From an uncultured Rhodobacteraceae bacterium (GTDB taxonomy: Bacteria > Pseudomonadota > Alphaproteobacteria > Rhodobacterales > Rhodobacteraceae): a DNA stretch of 64,000 bases. The stretch spans positions 3,200 to 67,199 of the forward strand of contig CALESR010000270.1 of the NCBI GenBank assembly GCA_937907485.1, in the 5' to 3' direction. Shown in pieces: positions 18,736 to 29,088 of the stretch. Made by a program: the position numbers and the translations under genes. Numbering within the stretch: position 1 is the stretch's first letter; each line of letters begins with the position of its first letter. The notes under the pieces are model-generated. The model saw nothing but the letters and a program-made list of their open reading frames with translations. It searched no databases and was not told the origin of the DNA.

Positions 18736-20913
18736 TCAATCCTTGCGTTGCTTGTACTCATAGCGATAGCCATAGCCGTAGCCATAACCGTAGCCACCCT
18801 TGGCCTTGCGCGGGTCAAATCCATTCAGGACCGCCCCGCTAAAGCGCAGCCCAGCCGAGTTCATCGTCTTGATTGACGCCTCGACCTCGCCCATCGGCGT
18901 CTGGTCATGGCGCGCGACAAAGATCGTCGCTCCGGTTGCCCGTCCCAGAACCACCGGGTCAGTCACCGCCAGGACGGGCGGCGAGTCAAAGATGGTCAGG
19001 TCGAAATTCTCGCTGCACCAAGCAACGAGACCGCTCAATTCGGCGCGCATCAGCAGTTCCGAGGGGTTCGGCGGATAGCGCCCGGTCGACAGGAAGAACA
19101 GGCTGGGCACCGGACCTTGAATCACTGCGGCCTCGGGGGTGATGTCATGCGCCAGAACCTCGGCCAGGCCGGGCTGGTGGCGCTCGACCCCGAAATACCG
19201 CCGCAGTTGTCCGCGCCGCATGTCGGCGTCGATCAACAGGACCCGCGTCCCCGCCTCGGCAGCGACCACGGCGAGGTTCGCCGCCAGAAAGCTCTTGCCC
19301 GCGCCGGGATGCGACGAGGTGATGGTCAGGGTCGGCGTTTGCGCATCCAGCATGCCGAAATGCAGGCTGGTGCGCAGCGAACGGATGGCCTCGACGGTCA
19401 GATCGCCCGCGCTGTTGAGCGCCAGCAAGGGCATGTGGCCCTGCCGCCGTCCCGAGGTATCGGAATCGCGCGAATAGTTGATGGTGGCAAAAACCGGCAA
19501 GCCCAGTTTTTCCAGCGCGCCAGCCTCTTGCACGCCCTTGCGCAGCCAACTGCGAAACAGCACCCAGGCCGCCCCGCCCACCGCGCCGACGACCAGCGCC
19601 AAGGCCAGGATCAGCGAGCTGCGCGGCGCAATGGGCGAGGGCGCAGCGGCGGCCGTGTCGATGATGCGCACATTGCCGATTGTGCTGGCACGCAGCACCT
19701 CAACCTCCTGCGCGCGGGTCAGCAACTCGGTATAGATGCCCTGCGCCAGTTCGACCGACCGCGTCAGGTTCAGCACCTGCCGCTGGGTCTCGGGCAATTC
19801 GCCGACCTGCGCACGCAGCGCGACCAATTGTGCCTCGAGTCGGGTCCTTTGGTCCAGCAACTGTCGATACGTCGGATGGGCTGGCGTATACCGTTGCGCG
19901 ATTTCGTCCTCCTGGCTTTGCAGGTCCGACAGTTCGCTTTCGATCCGCGTCACCTGTGACAGGATCGCCTGGGTTTCCAGCGTCAGGTCGATGGTGACCT
20001 CGCGCTGACGAAAATCGTTCAGCGCCGCCTCGGCCTCGCGCAGGCTCCGCTCGGCGAGGGGGAGTTGCTCGCGGATGAAGGCAAGGCTGCTTTCCGCTTC
20101 GGCAGCACTGCGCGAGATGTTCTGGCGCAAATAGGCCTGAATGACGGCATTCAGCGCCTGCGCGATGGTTCGGCGGTTCGCACCGGTCAGGCTGACCTCG
20201 AGGATCCCCGAGGCCCGACCACGCTCGGCGACGGCCAGCCGACCGCGCAGCCCGCCCATCGCGCTCAACTCGTCGATCTGGGTGATGAAGAACACCCGCC
20301 CCGGTGGCGCCGTCAGTGTGGCAACTGTCAGCAAAAACCCGGTATCGGGCAGGGACAGCGCCTGCCCCACCACGCCGTCGTGCTCGGCGCCGTCCGGAGT
20401 GGTCACCGTAAAGGCGCCATCCGCACCGGCAACCAGCGTGCTGCGCATGTTGACCCACCGGGGCGGCACCGTCAGGCTTTCGAGCGCCAGCAGATCGCCC
20501 CGTCGGGCAAACCGCACCGGAAGCAGCGAATCGACAAGCGGCAGTTGATAGCGCGCTACCATCGTGCCGATCAGCGGCGCGCGTTCCGTGCCGATCACCC
20601 AGTCGAGATTCTGGTCGGCAACCGCCTGACCCAGCACCATGCGCGAACGGATGATCTCGATCTCGGTAACGCTGCGCGGGTCGGATTCGGTCAGCGACGC
20701 CAGACTGCTGGGCAGCGCCATCGAGCCGCTGCGCTCTTCCAGTTGCAACAAGGCATCGGCGCGAAACGTCGGGTTGCTGTTGGCGACCATGAACGCGCCG
20801 ATAACCGCGCCCAGCACGGCGCCCGCGACAATCCAGAACTTGCCCTTCCAGAGCGTGCCCAAGAGGGCGCCGAGATCGATCTCGTCTTCGCGAACTGCTT
20901 CGGATTTGGTCAT
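18736..20913 (-). CDS. wzc: Wzc polysaccharide co-polymerase / tyrosine autokinase
   Basis: DEIDL N-terminus, EIEIIRSR, Walker A TSSHPGAGKS, LLIDADMRRG, FDSPPVLAVTD, C-terminal tyrosine cluster GYGYGYGYRYEY. Confidence 0.95.
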   Translation of the reverse strand: MTKSEAVREDEIDLGALLGTLWKGKFWIVAGAVLGAVIGAFMVANSNPTFRADALLQLEERSGSMALPSSLASLTESDPRSVTEIEIIRSRMVLGQAVADQNLDWVIGTERAPLIGTMVARYQLPLVDSLLPVRFARRGDLLALESLTVPPRWVNMRSTLVAGADGAFTVTTPDGAEHDGVVGQALSLPDTGFLLTVATLTAPPGRVFFITQIDELSAMGGLRGRLAVAERGRASGILEVSLTGANRRTIAQALNAVIQAYLRQNISRSAAEAESSLAFIREQLPLAERSLREAEAALNDFRQREVTIDLTLETQAILSQVTRIESELSDLQSQEDEIAQRYTPAHPTYRQLLDQRTRLEAQLVALRAQVGELPETQRQVLNLTRSVELAQGIYTELLTRAQEVEVLRASTIGNVRIIDTAAAAPSPIAPRSSLILALALVVGAVGGAAWVLFRSWLRKGVQEAGALEKLGLPVFATINYSRDSDTSGRRQGHMPLLALNSAGDLTVEAIRSLRTSLHFGMLDAQTPTLTITSSHPGAGKSFLAANLAVVAAEAGTRVLLIDADMRRGQLRRYFGVERHQPGLAEVLAHDITPEAAVIQGPVPSLFFLSTGRYPPNPSELLMRAELSGLVAWCSENFDLTIFDSPPVLAVTDPVVLGRATGATIFVARHDQTPMGEVEASIKTMNSAGLRFSGAVLNGFDPRKAKGGYGYGYGYGYRYEYKQRKD

Positions 20914-21434
20914 GGAATGCTCCGTGCAGCCAGCGGGTGTGTCGATCCGTGCCAACCTGTGCCAACAACAGGGCCAAAGATCAAGCGCGGGCGCAAGGCT
21001 CACGGGACTTTGCACGCATGCTCGCGCCCGACGACATGCGGAATTTGTCTGCGTTCGGTGGTTTTGGCGTCTTCGCCAGACCGCAGACCCGCCCGGCGCA
21101 GGGGCGGACCAGACCCGTGGAAATCCGCCCAAATTTTGCGGCTGCAGCAATTCGGGCTTGCGAGAAATATGGCCACGCCTTATCCAGCCGGGTACAACGC
21201 ATGCCCCGGTCGGGCTGCCGTCTTGGTCTTTGGCGCCATGTCGAATGGTCACGGCGCTGCATTCTGGCTCGTCTGGCAGTCTGAAAAAGGCATGTCTTTG
21301 ATCCGTATTGCTCAACATTGTGCAAGATCGAGGGGCTGGCCTTGTGACCCGGTCACCCGGTGTTCTGCGTCGCGCCCCGGTGGATCAGGGTGCCAATTGC
21401 CTGGGCATGCGACTTTCACGGGGACTTTCACGGC

Positions 21435-22739
21435 ATGAAGATTGCGATGATCGGCACTGGCTATGTCGGCCTTGTCTCGGGCGTGTGTTTTTCGGATTTC
21501 GGCCATCAGGTCGTCTGCGTCGACAAGATGCCCGAAAAGATCGCGATGCTGGAACGGGGCGAGATCCCCATTTATGAACCCGGCCTCGACACGGTGCTGC
21601 AGCGCAATGTCGCGGCAGGCCGGCTGAGCTTTACCACCGACCTCGCTGCGGCTGTGGACGGCGCCGACGCGGTGTTCATTGCCGTCGGCACCCCCACTCG
21701 ACGCGGGGATGGCCATGCCGATCTGACGTATGTCATGGCCGCCGCCGAGGATATCGCCTGCGCGCTGACTGGCTATGCCGTGGTGGTGACCAAATCGACC
21801 GTGCCGGTCGGCACCAACCGCAAAGTGGCCGCCGCCATCCGCGCCGCCAATCCAGAGGCCGAATTCGACGTTGCCTCGAACCCGGAATTCCTGCGCGAAG
21901 GGGCGGCGATCGACGATTTCATGAAGCCGGACCGCGTGGTTGTCGGGGTCGAAAGCGAGCGGGCCAAGGCGGTGATCGGCGAGGTCTATCGCCCGCTTTA
22001 TCTGCGCGATTTTCCGGTGGTCTATACCGATCTTGAATCGGCCGAGATGATCAAATACGCCGCCAACGCCTTTCTGGCGACCAAGATCAGTTTCATCAAC
22101 GAGATCGCTGCCCTATGCGAGCGGGTCGGCGCCGATGTCAAATCGGTGGCCAAGGGGATGGGACTGGACGGGCGCATCGGCAACAAGTTCCTGCACGCCG
22201 GGCCGGGATATGGCGGTAGTTGCTTTCCAAAGGATACCTCGGCCCTCACGCGCATCGGGCAGGAGCACGGCGCTCCGCAGCGCATCGTCGAGACGGTGAT
22301 CGCTGTCAACGAGGCCACCAAGCGGCGGATGATCGACAAGGTGGTCGATCTGTGCGGCGGCTCGGTGAATGGCAAGACGCTTGCCGTGCTGGGCGTCACC
22401 TTCAAGCCCGGGACCGATGACATGCGCGACGCGCCTTCGCTGACCATCGTGCCTGCGCTGGTGGGGGCGGGGGCGCGGATTCGGGTCGTTGATCCGCATG
22501 GCCGCAAGGAAGGCGAGGCGCTGTTGCCGGGCGTCGACTGGGTCGAAGACCCCTATACCGCCTGCGCCGGTGCCGACGCGGTGGTGATCCTGACCGAGTG
22601 GAACGCGTTTCGCGCTCTCGACCTCGGGCGGTTGGCGGCGGGAATGGCGCGCCCGGCCATGGCCGATTTGCGCAATATCTATAATCGCGAGACGGCGCAG
22701 CGGGCCGGATTCGCGGCCTATACGGGAGTGGGACGTTGA
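21435..22739 (+). CDS. ugd: UDP-glucose 6-dehydrogenase
   Basis: MKIAMIGTGYVGL, IAVGTP, KSTVPVGT, NPEFLREG, KYAANAFLA, catalytic GYGGSCFPKD, FKPGTDDMR. Confidence 0.97.
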   Translation: MKIAMIGTGYVGLVSGVCFSDFGHQVVCVDKMPEKIAMLERGEIPIYEPGLDTVLQRNVAAGRLSFTTDLAAAVDGADAVFIAVGTPTRRGDGHADLTYVMAAAEDIACALTGYAVVVTKSTVPVGTNRKVAAAIRAANPEAEFDVASNPEFLREGAAIDDFMKPDRVVVGVESERAKAVIGEVYRPLYLRDFPVVYTDLESAEMIKYAANAFLATKISFINEIAALCERVGADVKSVAKGMGLDGRIGNKFLHAGPGYGGSCFPKDTSALTRIGQEHGAPQRIVETVIAVNEATKRRMIDKVVDLCGGSVNGKTLAVLGVTFKPGTDDMRDAPSLTIVPALVGAGARIRVVDPHGRKEGEALLPGVDWVEDPYTACAGADAVVILTEWNAFRALDLGRLAAGMARPAMADLRNIYNRETAQRAGFAAYTGVGR

Positions 22740-23740
22740 GAACAGCCTTCATCACCGGCACAGGTGGATTCATCGGCTTTCATTTGGCCGAGCTTTTGCT
22801 GCAAGAAGGGTGGAAGGTCGCCAGCCTTGACGGCATGACCGACTATTACGATGTCCGACTCAAGGAACGTCGACTGGACATGCTGCGTCAGCATCCGAAT
22901 TTCTCGTTCACGCGCGCGATGCTCGAGGACAATCCGGCAGTGCAAGCCGCCATTGCCGAGGCCAGCCCGGATGTCATCGTGCATCTCGCAGCGCAGGCCG
23001 GGGTGCGTTATAGCCTTGAAAATCCGCGTGCCTATATTGACGCGAACATCGTCGGCACCTTCAACGTGATGGAGGCCGCGCGGGCCTTGAAGGTTGGTCA
23101 CCTGCTGATGGCCTCGACCAGTTCAGCCTATGGCGCCAATACCGAGATGCCCTTTGCCGAGACGCAAAAGGCTGACACCCCCCTGACCATCTATGCCGCG
23201 ACCAAGAAGGCCAACGAGGCGATGGGCCATTCCTATGCCCATATCTATGGCCTGCCGGTGACGATGTTCCGCTTCTTTACCGTCTATGGCCCTTGGGGGC
23301 GCCCCGACATGGCGCTGTTCAAGTTCACCAAGGGGATTCTGGAAGGCACGCCGATCGACATCTACAACAATGGCGACATGTGGCGCGACTTTACCTATGT
23401 CACCGATCTGGTCCGCGGCATCCGCCTGCTGATCGACGCGGTGCCGGGCGGCCCCGAGACCGCGGTCACAGGTGACAGCCTGTCGCCGGTGGCGCCCTTC
23501 CGGGTGGTGAATATCGGCAATTCGGACAAGGTGCGCCTGATGGATTTCATCGAGGCGATCGAGGACCATCTCGGCAAGACCGCGATCCGAAACTACATGC
23601 CAATGCAGACCGGCGACGTGCCCGCCACCTGGGCCGATGCCTCGATCCTGCAGCAACTGACTGGCTATCGCCCGGCAACCGATTTTCGCGACGGGGTGGC
23701 GCGGTTCGTCGAATGGTACCGTGAGTATCACGGCGTCTGA
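22736..23740 (+). CDS. UDP-glucuronate 4-epimerase (LpsL-like)
   Basis: TGTGGFIG, HLAAQAGVRYS, YAATKK, RFFTVYGPWGRPDMA, RDFTYV. TTG start overlaps the ugd stop. Confidence 0.92.
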   Translation: MRTAFITGTGGFIGFHLAELLLQEGWKVASLDGMTDYYDVRLKERRLDMLRQHPNFSFTRAMLEDNPAVQAAIAEASPDVIVHLAAQAGVRYSLENPRAYIDANIVGTFNVMEAARALKVGHLLMASTSSAYGANTEMPFAETQKADTPLTIYAATKKANEAMGHSYAHIYGLPVTMFRFFTVYGPWGRPDMALFKFTKGILEGTPIDIYNNGDMWRDFTYVTDLVRGIRLLIDAVPGGPETAVTGDSLSPVAPFRVVNIGNSDKVRLMDFIEAIEDHLGKTAIRNYMPMQTGDVPATWADASILQQLTGYRPATDFRDGVARFVEWYREYHGV

Positions 23741-23760
23741 ACCGGGGCAGGAGAACCGCC

Positions 23761-25671
23761 ATGTCGCAACCGACCACTGCCCATCGCCCGGATATCGACG
23801 GGCTGCGCGCCGTCGCCGTGCTGCCGGTGATCGGCCATCACGCCGGCCTGCCCGGCGTGCCCGGCGGGTTTTTGGGCGTGGACGTGTTTTTTGTGATCTC
23901 GGGCTTTCTGATTACGGGAATTCTGTTGGCCGATCTGCAGCGCGGGCAATTCTCGATTGCCCGGTTCTATGAACGGCGGGCGCGGCGCATCCTGCCGGCG
24001 CTGGTGCTGACGCTGCTCGCCTCGGTGCCGCTGGCGCTGGCCCTGATGCTGCCCGGCCAGTTGATCGGGTTTGGCGAGAGCCTGATTTCGGTCGTGCTGT
24101 TCCTGTCGAACCTGCATTTCTGGCGCTCGGTCAACTATTTTGCCGAAGCTGCCGAGTTGCAACCGCTGCTGCACACCTGGAGTCTGGCGGTCGAGGAGCA
24201 GTTCTATGTGCTCTTTCCGCTGCTGTTGCTGGCGCTGTGGCGGCTGGCGCGTGGTGGGTTGATCGGGGTGTTGGGCCTGCTGATGCTGGCCGGGTTCGGC
24301 GTGTCGGTCTGGGCCTCGCATGCGATGCCGGTGGCGAATTTCTATTGGCTGCCGACGCGGGCATGGGAGTTGCTGGCCGGGGCGTTGTGCGCCGTTCTGG
24401 CGCCAAGGGTGGCGGCACTTGGGGGGGGGGGGCTTCGGTCCGTCCTCGCGGCGCTGGGGCTGGCCATGGTCGTGGGGGCGATGATGGCGTTTGATCGCAC
24501 CATGGCCCTGCCGGGGGCACTGACGCTGGTGCCGGTCGCCGGAACGGCGCTGGTGATCCTGTTCAGCCGGGCAGGGCAGGGGCTGGCCGGTCGCTTGCTC
24601 GCTTGGCGGCTGATGGTGGGGATCGGGCTTGTCAGCTACAGCGCCTATCTGTTCCACCAACCGCTCTATGCGTTTGCGCGCCTTGGCTTAGGCGACGGGG
24701 CAACGCCCGCCATTCTGGCCTTGCTGGGATTGCTGGCGCTGGGGTTTGCGGCGCTGTCCTGGCGGTTTGTCGAGCAACCTTTCCGCCGTGCCGGGGGTGG
24801 CCCGCTGCCGACGCGCGCCAGTGTTTTTGCCGCCGGGTTGGTCGCCAGCCTCGCTGTGGCGATGATCGGCGCCGGGCTGATCGCCACGCGGGGATTGGCC
24901 CATCGGTATGAGCCAAGCGACCTCGAGTTGGCGTTGTTTGATCGTCAGGAGGCGGGGGCCTATGTACGGGGTCGGTTCAACGCCGCGCGCCTGCAGCCAT
25001 TTTCCGAGGATGGGCGTCTGCGGTTTCTGGTGATAGGTGATAGCTTTGCTCAGGATTTTGTCAATGTGCTGGCTGAAGGTGGGTTCAGCCAAGGGCTGAG
25101 CCTGTCCACGCATCACGTCAGCAAACAATGCGGCAACCTCTATCAGACGCCCGAGTTGGCGCAAAACGTGGCGGCCTCGGACGCGGCGCTGTGCGAGTCC
25201 GAGGGCGGACTGGAGCGAGCCGAGTTGCTACCCTTGATCCGCGATGCCGATATCATCGTGCTGGCGAGCGACTGGCAGCCGTGGCAACTGGCGCATGTCG
25301 CCGCCACGGCCGAGCGCCTGGCGGCACTGTCATCAGCCGAGGTCTTTGTCCTGGGCCGCAAGGATTTCGGCACCGTCAACCTGCGCGACCTGATCGCCAC
25401 CGATGCCGCCAGCCGCCCTGCACTGCGCAATCCGACGCGGCCAGAGCAGTTCGAGGCCGATGGAATCCTGCGCGCGACGCTGGGCGACCGGCTCATCGAC
25501 ATTCAGGCGGCGATCTGCGACGAGAGCCTGCGCTGCCCGTTGTTCACCCCCGAAGGCGCGCTGATTTCCTATGACGGTGGTCATCTGACGCGGGCCGGGG
25601 CCGCGTGGGTGGCAGGCCGTCTTGCCGACCACCTGCCCACCCGCCTGACCGCTTCGCCCAGCCCGCCCTGA
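23761..25671 (+). CDS. O-acyltransferase (Acyl_transf_3 + periplasmic SGNH domain, OafA-like)
   Basis: IDGLRAVAV, GGFLGVDVFFVISGFLI, RRARRILPA, HTWSLAVEEQFY, GLVSYSAYLFHQP, SGNH GDSFAQD and DGGHL. Confidence 0.93.
   Translation: MSQPTTAHRPDIDGLRAVAVLPVIGHHAGLPGVPGGFLGVDVFFVISGFLITGILLADLQRGQFSIARFYERRARRILPALVLTLLASVPLALALMLPGQLIGFGESLISVVLFLSNLHFWRSVNYFAEAAELQPLLHTWSLAVEEQFYVLFPLLLLALWRLARGGLIGVLGLLMLAGFGVSVWASHAMPVANFYWLPTRAWELLAGALCAVLAPRVAALGGGGLRSVLAALGLAMVVGAMMAFDRTMALPGALTLVPVAGTALVILFSRAGQGLAGRLLAWRLMVGIGLVSYSAYLFHQPLYAFARLGLGDGATPAILALLGLLALGFAALSWRFVEQPFRRAGGGPLPTRASVFAAGLVASLAVAMIGAGLIATRGLAHRYEPSDLELALFDRQEAGAYVRGRFNAARLQPFSEDGRLRFLVIGDSFAQDFVNVLAEGGFSQGLSLSTHHVSKQCGNLYQTPELAQNVAASDAALCESEGGLERAELLPLIRDADIIVLASDWQPWQLAHVAATAERLAALSSAEVFVLGRKDFGTVNLRDLIATDAASRPALRNPTRPEQFEADGILRATLGDRLIDIQAAICDESLRCPLFTPEGALISYDGGHLTRAGAAWVAGRLADHLPTRLTASPSPP
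24421..24432 (+). repeat. G12 homopolymer inside the acyltransferase CDS, currently in frame
   Basis: Twelve consecutive G at 24421-24432 encoding GGGG; the longest homopolymer I found in the window. Confidence 0.95.
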
Positions 25672-25712
25672 GCGGCTTGGTCCCTTTGCTGCGTTTTTAC
25701 CGAGGTATTGCC

Positions 25713-26405
25713 ATGAAATTCCTTCTGCGCACCGCATTTACCGCCTTTGCGCGGCTGTCCAAACGGTTCTCGCGCGAGAACCTCTATGAATGGCTGGCCG
25801 AGGATCTGGCCACTCTGCCGCCGGGCAGCAAGGTGCTCTGCATCGGCGGTGGCGGTGCTTTGGATGCGATGATCAAGGACCATCCGTCCACGGACGCCAT
25901 TTCGATCGACATCGACCCGGATCGCAAGCCCGATCTGGTGATGGATGCAACCGCCATGACATTTGCCGACGGCACCTTTGACGCGGTCTACATGATGGAA
26001 GTGCTGGAGCACGTCAAAGACCCGCAGGCCGCGTTGAGCGAGGTCCGGCGTGTGCTCAAGGACGGTGGGCGTTTCGTCCTCAGCACGCCCTTTGTCTTTG
26101 GCATCCACGAAGAGCCGTGGGATTTCTGGCGCTTTACCCGGCATGGGCTGGAACACCTGCTCGGGGCCTTTGAAAATCACGCGATTCGGGCGCGCAACCA
26201 CTATTACCGGTCGATCATCGTGCTGTTCATGCGCTCGATCTTTTCGCCGGGCAGAAAGCGTCAATTGGTCGGCGGACTGGCCATCGTGCTGGGGATGCCG
26301 TTCTTTCTGGTGTTGATGCTGCTCGATGTCATTTCGCCGGATGATCGCTCGACGTCAGGTTATTTCGTGACCTGCAGCAAGCCGCAAAACGGGGGGAACG
26401 CATGA
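25713..26405 (+). CDS. Class I SAM-dependent methyltransferase
   Basis: VLCIGGGG, SIDIDPDRKPDLVMDA, FDAVYMMEVLEHV, LKDGGRFVLSTPF, DFWRFT. Confidence 0.85.
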   Translation: MKFLLRTAFTAFARLSKRFSRENLYEWLAEDLATLPPGSKVLCIGGGGALDAMIKDHPSTDAISIDIDPDRKPDLVMDATAMTFADGTFDAVYMMEVLEHVKDPQAALSEVRRVLKDGGRFVLSTPFVFGIHEEPWDFWRFTRHGLEHLLGAFENHAIRARNHYYRSIIVLFMRSIFSPGRKRQLVGGLAIVLGMPFFLVLMLLDVISPDDRSTSGYFVTCSKPQNGGNA

Positions 26406-27679
26406 AAGACCACACGAACTCGACCCTCGCCGTGATCGGGCTGGGCTATGTCGGCCTGCCATTGGCGGTCGAATTCGGCCGCAAGCGGGCGGTCGTCGGA
26501 TTTGACATCAATGCTCGCCGGATCGCTGACCTCGCCGCGGGCCATGACGCGACGCTGGAGGTGAATGCCGAAGAACTGGCGGCATCGCGCCATCTGCGGT
26601 TTACCGCCGACTCTGCCGATCTGGCGGCCTGTTCGATCTTCATCGTCACCGTGCCGACACCGATTGACGCCTACAAGCGCCCGGACCTGACGCCGCTGCT
26701 GCGCGCCTCCGAGACCATCGGCAAGGTGCTCAAGCGCGGCGATATCGTGATCTATGAATCCACCGTCTATCCCGGCGCCACCGAGGAAGACTGCGTGCCG
26801 GTGCTGGAACGTGTATCGGGCCTGAGATTCAACGTCGATTTCTTTGCCGGTTACAGCCCCGAACGGATCAATCCGGGCGACAAATCTCACCGGCTGCCCG
26901 ATATCCGGAAGGTCACTTCGGGCTCGACCCCCGAAATTGCCGGGATCGTCGACGGCCTGTATGCCTCGATCATCACTGCCGGAACCTACCGCGCCGAATC
27001 GATCCGGGTGGCCGAGGCCGCCAAGGTGATCGAGAACACACAACGCGACCTGAACATCGCCCTGGTCAATGAACTGGCGATCATCTTCAACCGGATGGGT
27101 ATCGACACCGACGCCGTGCTCAAGGCCGCGGGCACCAAGTGGAACTTCTTGCCGTTTCGCCCCGGTCTGGTCGGCGGGCACTGTATTGGCGTCGACCCCT
27201 ATTATCTGACGCACAAGGCGGCCGAGATCGGCCTGCACCCTGAGGTGATCCTTGCCGGGCGCCGGGTGAACGATACGATGGGCGTCTATGTCGCGGGCCG
27301 GATGGTCAAGGCGATGCTGCATCGCTCGATCCAGATTCGCGGCTCGCGGGTGTTGGTGATGGGGCTCACCTTCAAGGAGGATTGCCCGGACCTGCGCAAT
27401 ACCCGCGTGATCGACACGATTCGTGAGCTCGAAAGCTTTGGCGTGAGCGTGGATGTGCATGATCCTTGGGCCGATGCCGCCGAGGCGTCGCACGAGTTCG
27501 GCCTGTCGTTGTGCGCGGCGCCGGAGCAGGGCGTCTATGACGGGGTGCTCGTCGCGGTGGCGCATCGGCAGTTTCGCGCAGCCGGTGTTGCTGCGATGCG
27601 CGGCCATTGCACCGCGGACGGGGTGTTGTTCGACCTCAAGAGCATCTTTGCGCCGACCGAGAGCGATCTGCGATTGTGA
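26402..27679 (+). CDS. UDP-N-acetylhexosamine 6-dehydrogenase (TviB/WbpO/WecC family)
   Basis: GLGYVGLP, IVTVPTP, ESTVYPG, YSPERINPGD, KVIENTQRD, GLVGGHCIGVDP, FKEDCPDLRN. Confidence 0.95.
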   Translation: MKDHTNSTLAVIGLGYVGLPLAVEFGRKRAVVGFDINARRIADLAAGHDATLEVNAEELAASRHLRFTADSADLAACSIFIVTVPTPIDAYKRPDLTPLLRASETIGKVLKRGDIVIYESTVYPGATEEDCVPVLERVSGLRFNVDFFAGYSPERINPGDKSHRLPDIRKVTSGSTPEIAGIVDGLYASIITAGTYRAESIRVAEAAKVIENTQRDLNIALVNELAIIFNRMGIDTDAVLKAAGTKWNFLPFRPGLVGGHCIGVDPYYLTHKAAEIGLHPEVILAGRRVNDTMGVYVAGRMVKAMLHRSIQIRGSRVLVMGLTFKEDCPDLRNTRVIDTIRELESFGVSVDVHDPWADAAEASHEFGLSLCAAPEQGVYDGVLVAVAHRQFRAAGVAAMRGHCTADGVLFDLKSIFAPTESDLRL

Positions 27680-27723
27680 CTTAGGGCGGTGGCGCGTTGC
27701 GGCACCGCGGGACGGAGTAGGGA

Positions 27724-29088
27724 ATGCTGCGACGGGTAGTCGCCGGAGTGTCCGGCGCGGGGATCAAGGGGCAGTTGCTGCGCGCCGGGGCCGGAGGGCT
27801 GGGTGTGCGGATTCTCTCGTTGTTCGCGACGCTGCTGTCGTCCGTGGTTCTGGCGCGGGTATTGGGCGATTCGGGCTATGGGCTTTATGCCTTTGCGCTG
27901 TCGGTCACCGCGCTGTTGGCGCTGCCCGTGCAGGTCGGCGTGCCGATTCTGGTGATCCGCGAGACCTCCAGCGCCGAGGCGGCGCGCGACTGGGCGGCCT
28001 TGCACAGTATCCGGACCTGGGCGCTGCGGGTGAACTGGCTGTTCGGGCTGCTGATCGTCGCGGCGGTCTTGCTGTTCGCCTGGGCCGCCGGCGAGCGCAT
28101 TTCGACCTCCACCCGTCACGTCCTGTTTCTGGCGGTGGCCCTGATCCTGCCTGTCGCTCTGAGCAGCACTCTGGGCGCGACGTTGCGCGGGCTGCGCCGG
28201 GTGATGGCGGGTCTCTATCCCGGCGAGGTCGTGCGCCCCGTGCTGATAAGCGCGCTGGTGGGGGCATCGGCGTTGGTGTGGGCGGACAGCATAGGCCCCG
28301 AAACGGCGTTGCTGCTGAACCTTGCCGCAACGTTGCTGGTGCTGGGGCTTTTGATCGTGCTGGTCCGGCGTGCGCTTCCGGCCGACAGCCGCGGTGAACT
28401 GGCGCTGGCCTTCAAGACCGGGCCTTGGCTGAAATCGCTGCTTCCGCTGGCGATGATGTCGAGTCTGCATCTGGTGAACCAGAACACGGATATGGTCATG
28501 CTCGGTCTGTTCCGCGACGCGGCCGAGGTCGGCTATTACAAGATCGCGGTGTCAGGCGCGGGGTTCGTGATCTTTGGCCTGTCGGCCATCCAGGTCGTCG
28601 CCATGCCCTATGTCAGCCGCTTTTTCTCGGGTCGCGAACATGATCGGCTGCAGCGCCTCGCGGCGGCCTGCGCTGGTGCATCGACATTGCTGGCGCTGCC
28701 GGTGATCGGTATCTATCTGCTTTGGGGCCGTGAGTTGCTCGCCTTTGTCTATGGCGAGACCTTCGTTGCCTCGTGGGGGCCCCTCTTGATCCTGTCGGGA
28801 GCGCAACTGGTGAACGGGTTCTTCGGCATCGTCTGGCCGCTGCTGGTCATGACCGGCCACGAACGCGCAGGCTTTCGCGGGCTGGCGATTGCCACGGTCG
28901 TCAACGTGGGTCTGAACGCGGCGCTGATCCCGGCTTGGGGGGCCGCTGGTGCCGCCCTGGCCACCGGAATCTCGATCTTGATCTGGAACCTGCTTTTCTG
29001 GCTGGCGGTCCGGCGATATCTGGATATCGACGGTTCAGTCCTGGGTCTGCTGCGGTGGGGCAGGGCAGGAAAGGCGCCCGGCGCATGA
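27724..29088 (+). CDS. wzx: Wzx flippase (Polysacc_synt / MATE-like)
   Basis: About 12 TMs, LARVLG...YG.YA, NTDMVMLG, AEVGYY, NAALIPAWGAAGAALAT. Confidence 0.88.
   Translation: MLRRVVAGVSGAGIKGQLLRAGAGGLGVRILSLFATLLSSVVLARVLGDSGYGLYAFALSVTALLALPVQVGVPILVIRETSSAEAARDWAALHSIRTWALRVNWLFGLLIVAAVLLFAWAAGERISTSTRHVLFLAVALILPVALSSTLGATLRGLRRVMAGLYPGEVVRPVLISALVGASALVWADSIGPETALLLNLAATLLVLGLLIVLVRRALPADSRGELALAFKTGPWLKSLLPLAMMSSLHLVNQNTDMVMLGLFRDAAEVGYYKIAVSGAGFVIFGLSAIQVVAMPYVSRFFSGREHDRLQRLAAACAGASTLLALPVIGIYLLWGRELLAFVYGETFVASWGPLLILSGAQLVNGFFGIVWPLLVMTGHERAGFRGLAIATVVNVGLNAALIPAWGAAGAALATGISILIWNLLFWLAVRRYLDIDGSVLGLLRWGRAGKAPGA

Noticed and set aside
18760-18800. Short tandem hexamer-like repeat (atagcc/gtagcc)
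   Set aside because: It encodes the Wzc C-terminal Tyr-Gly cluster; not a contingency repeat.
18736-20913. Absence of wza/wzb next to wzc as a novel export mode
   Set aside because: These genes are often encoded elsewhere in Rhodobacterales genomes; cannot be judged from this window.
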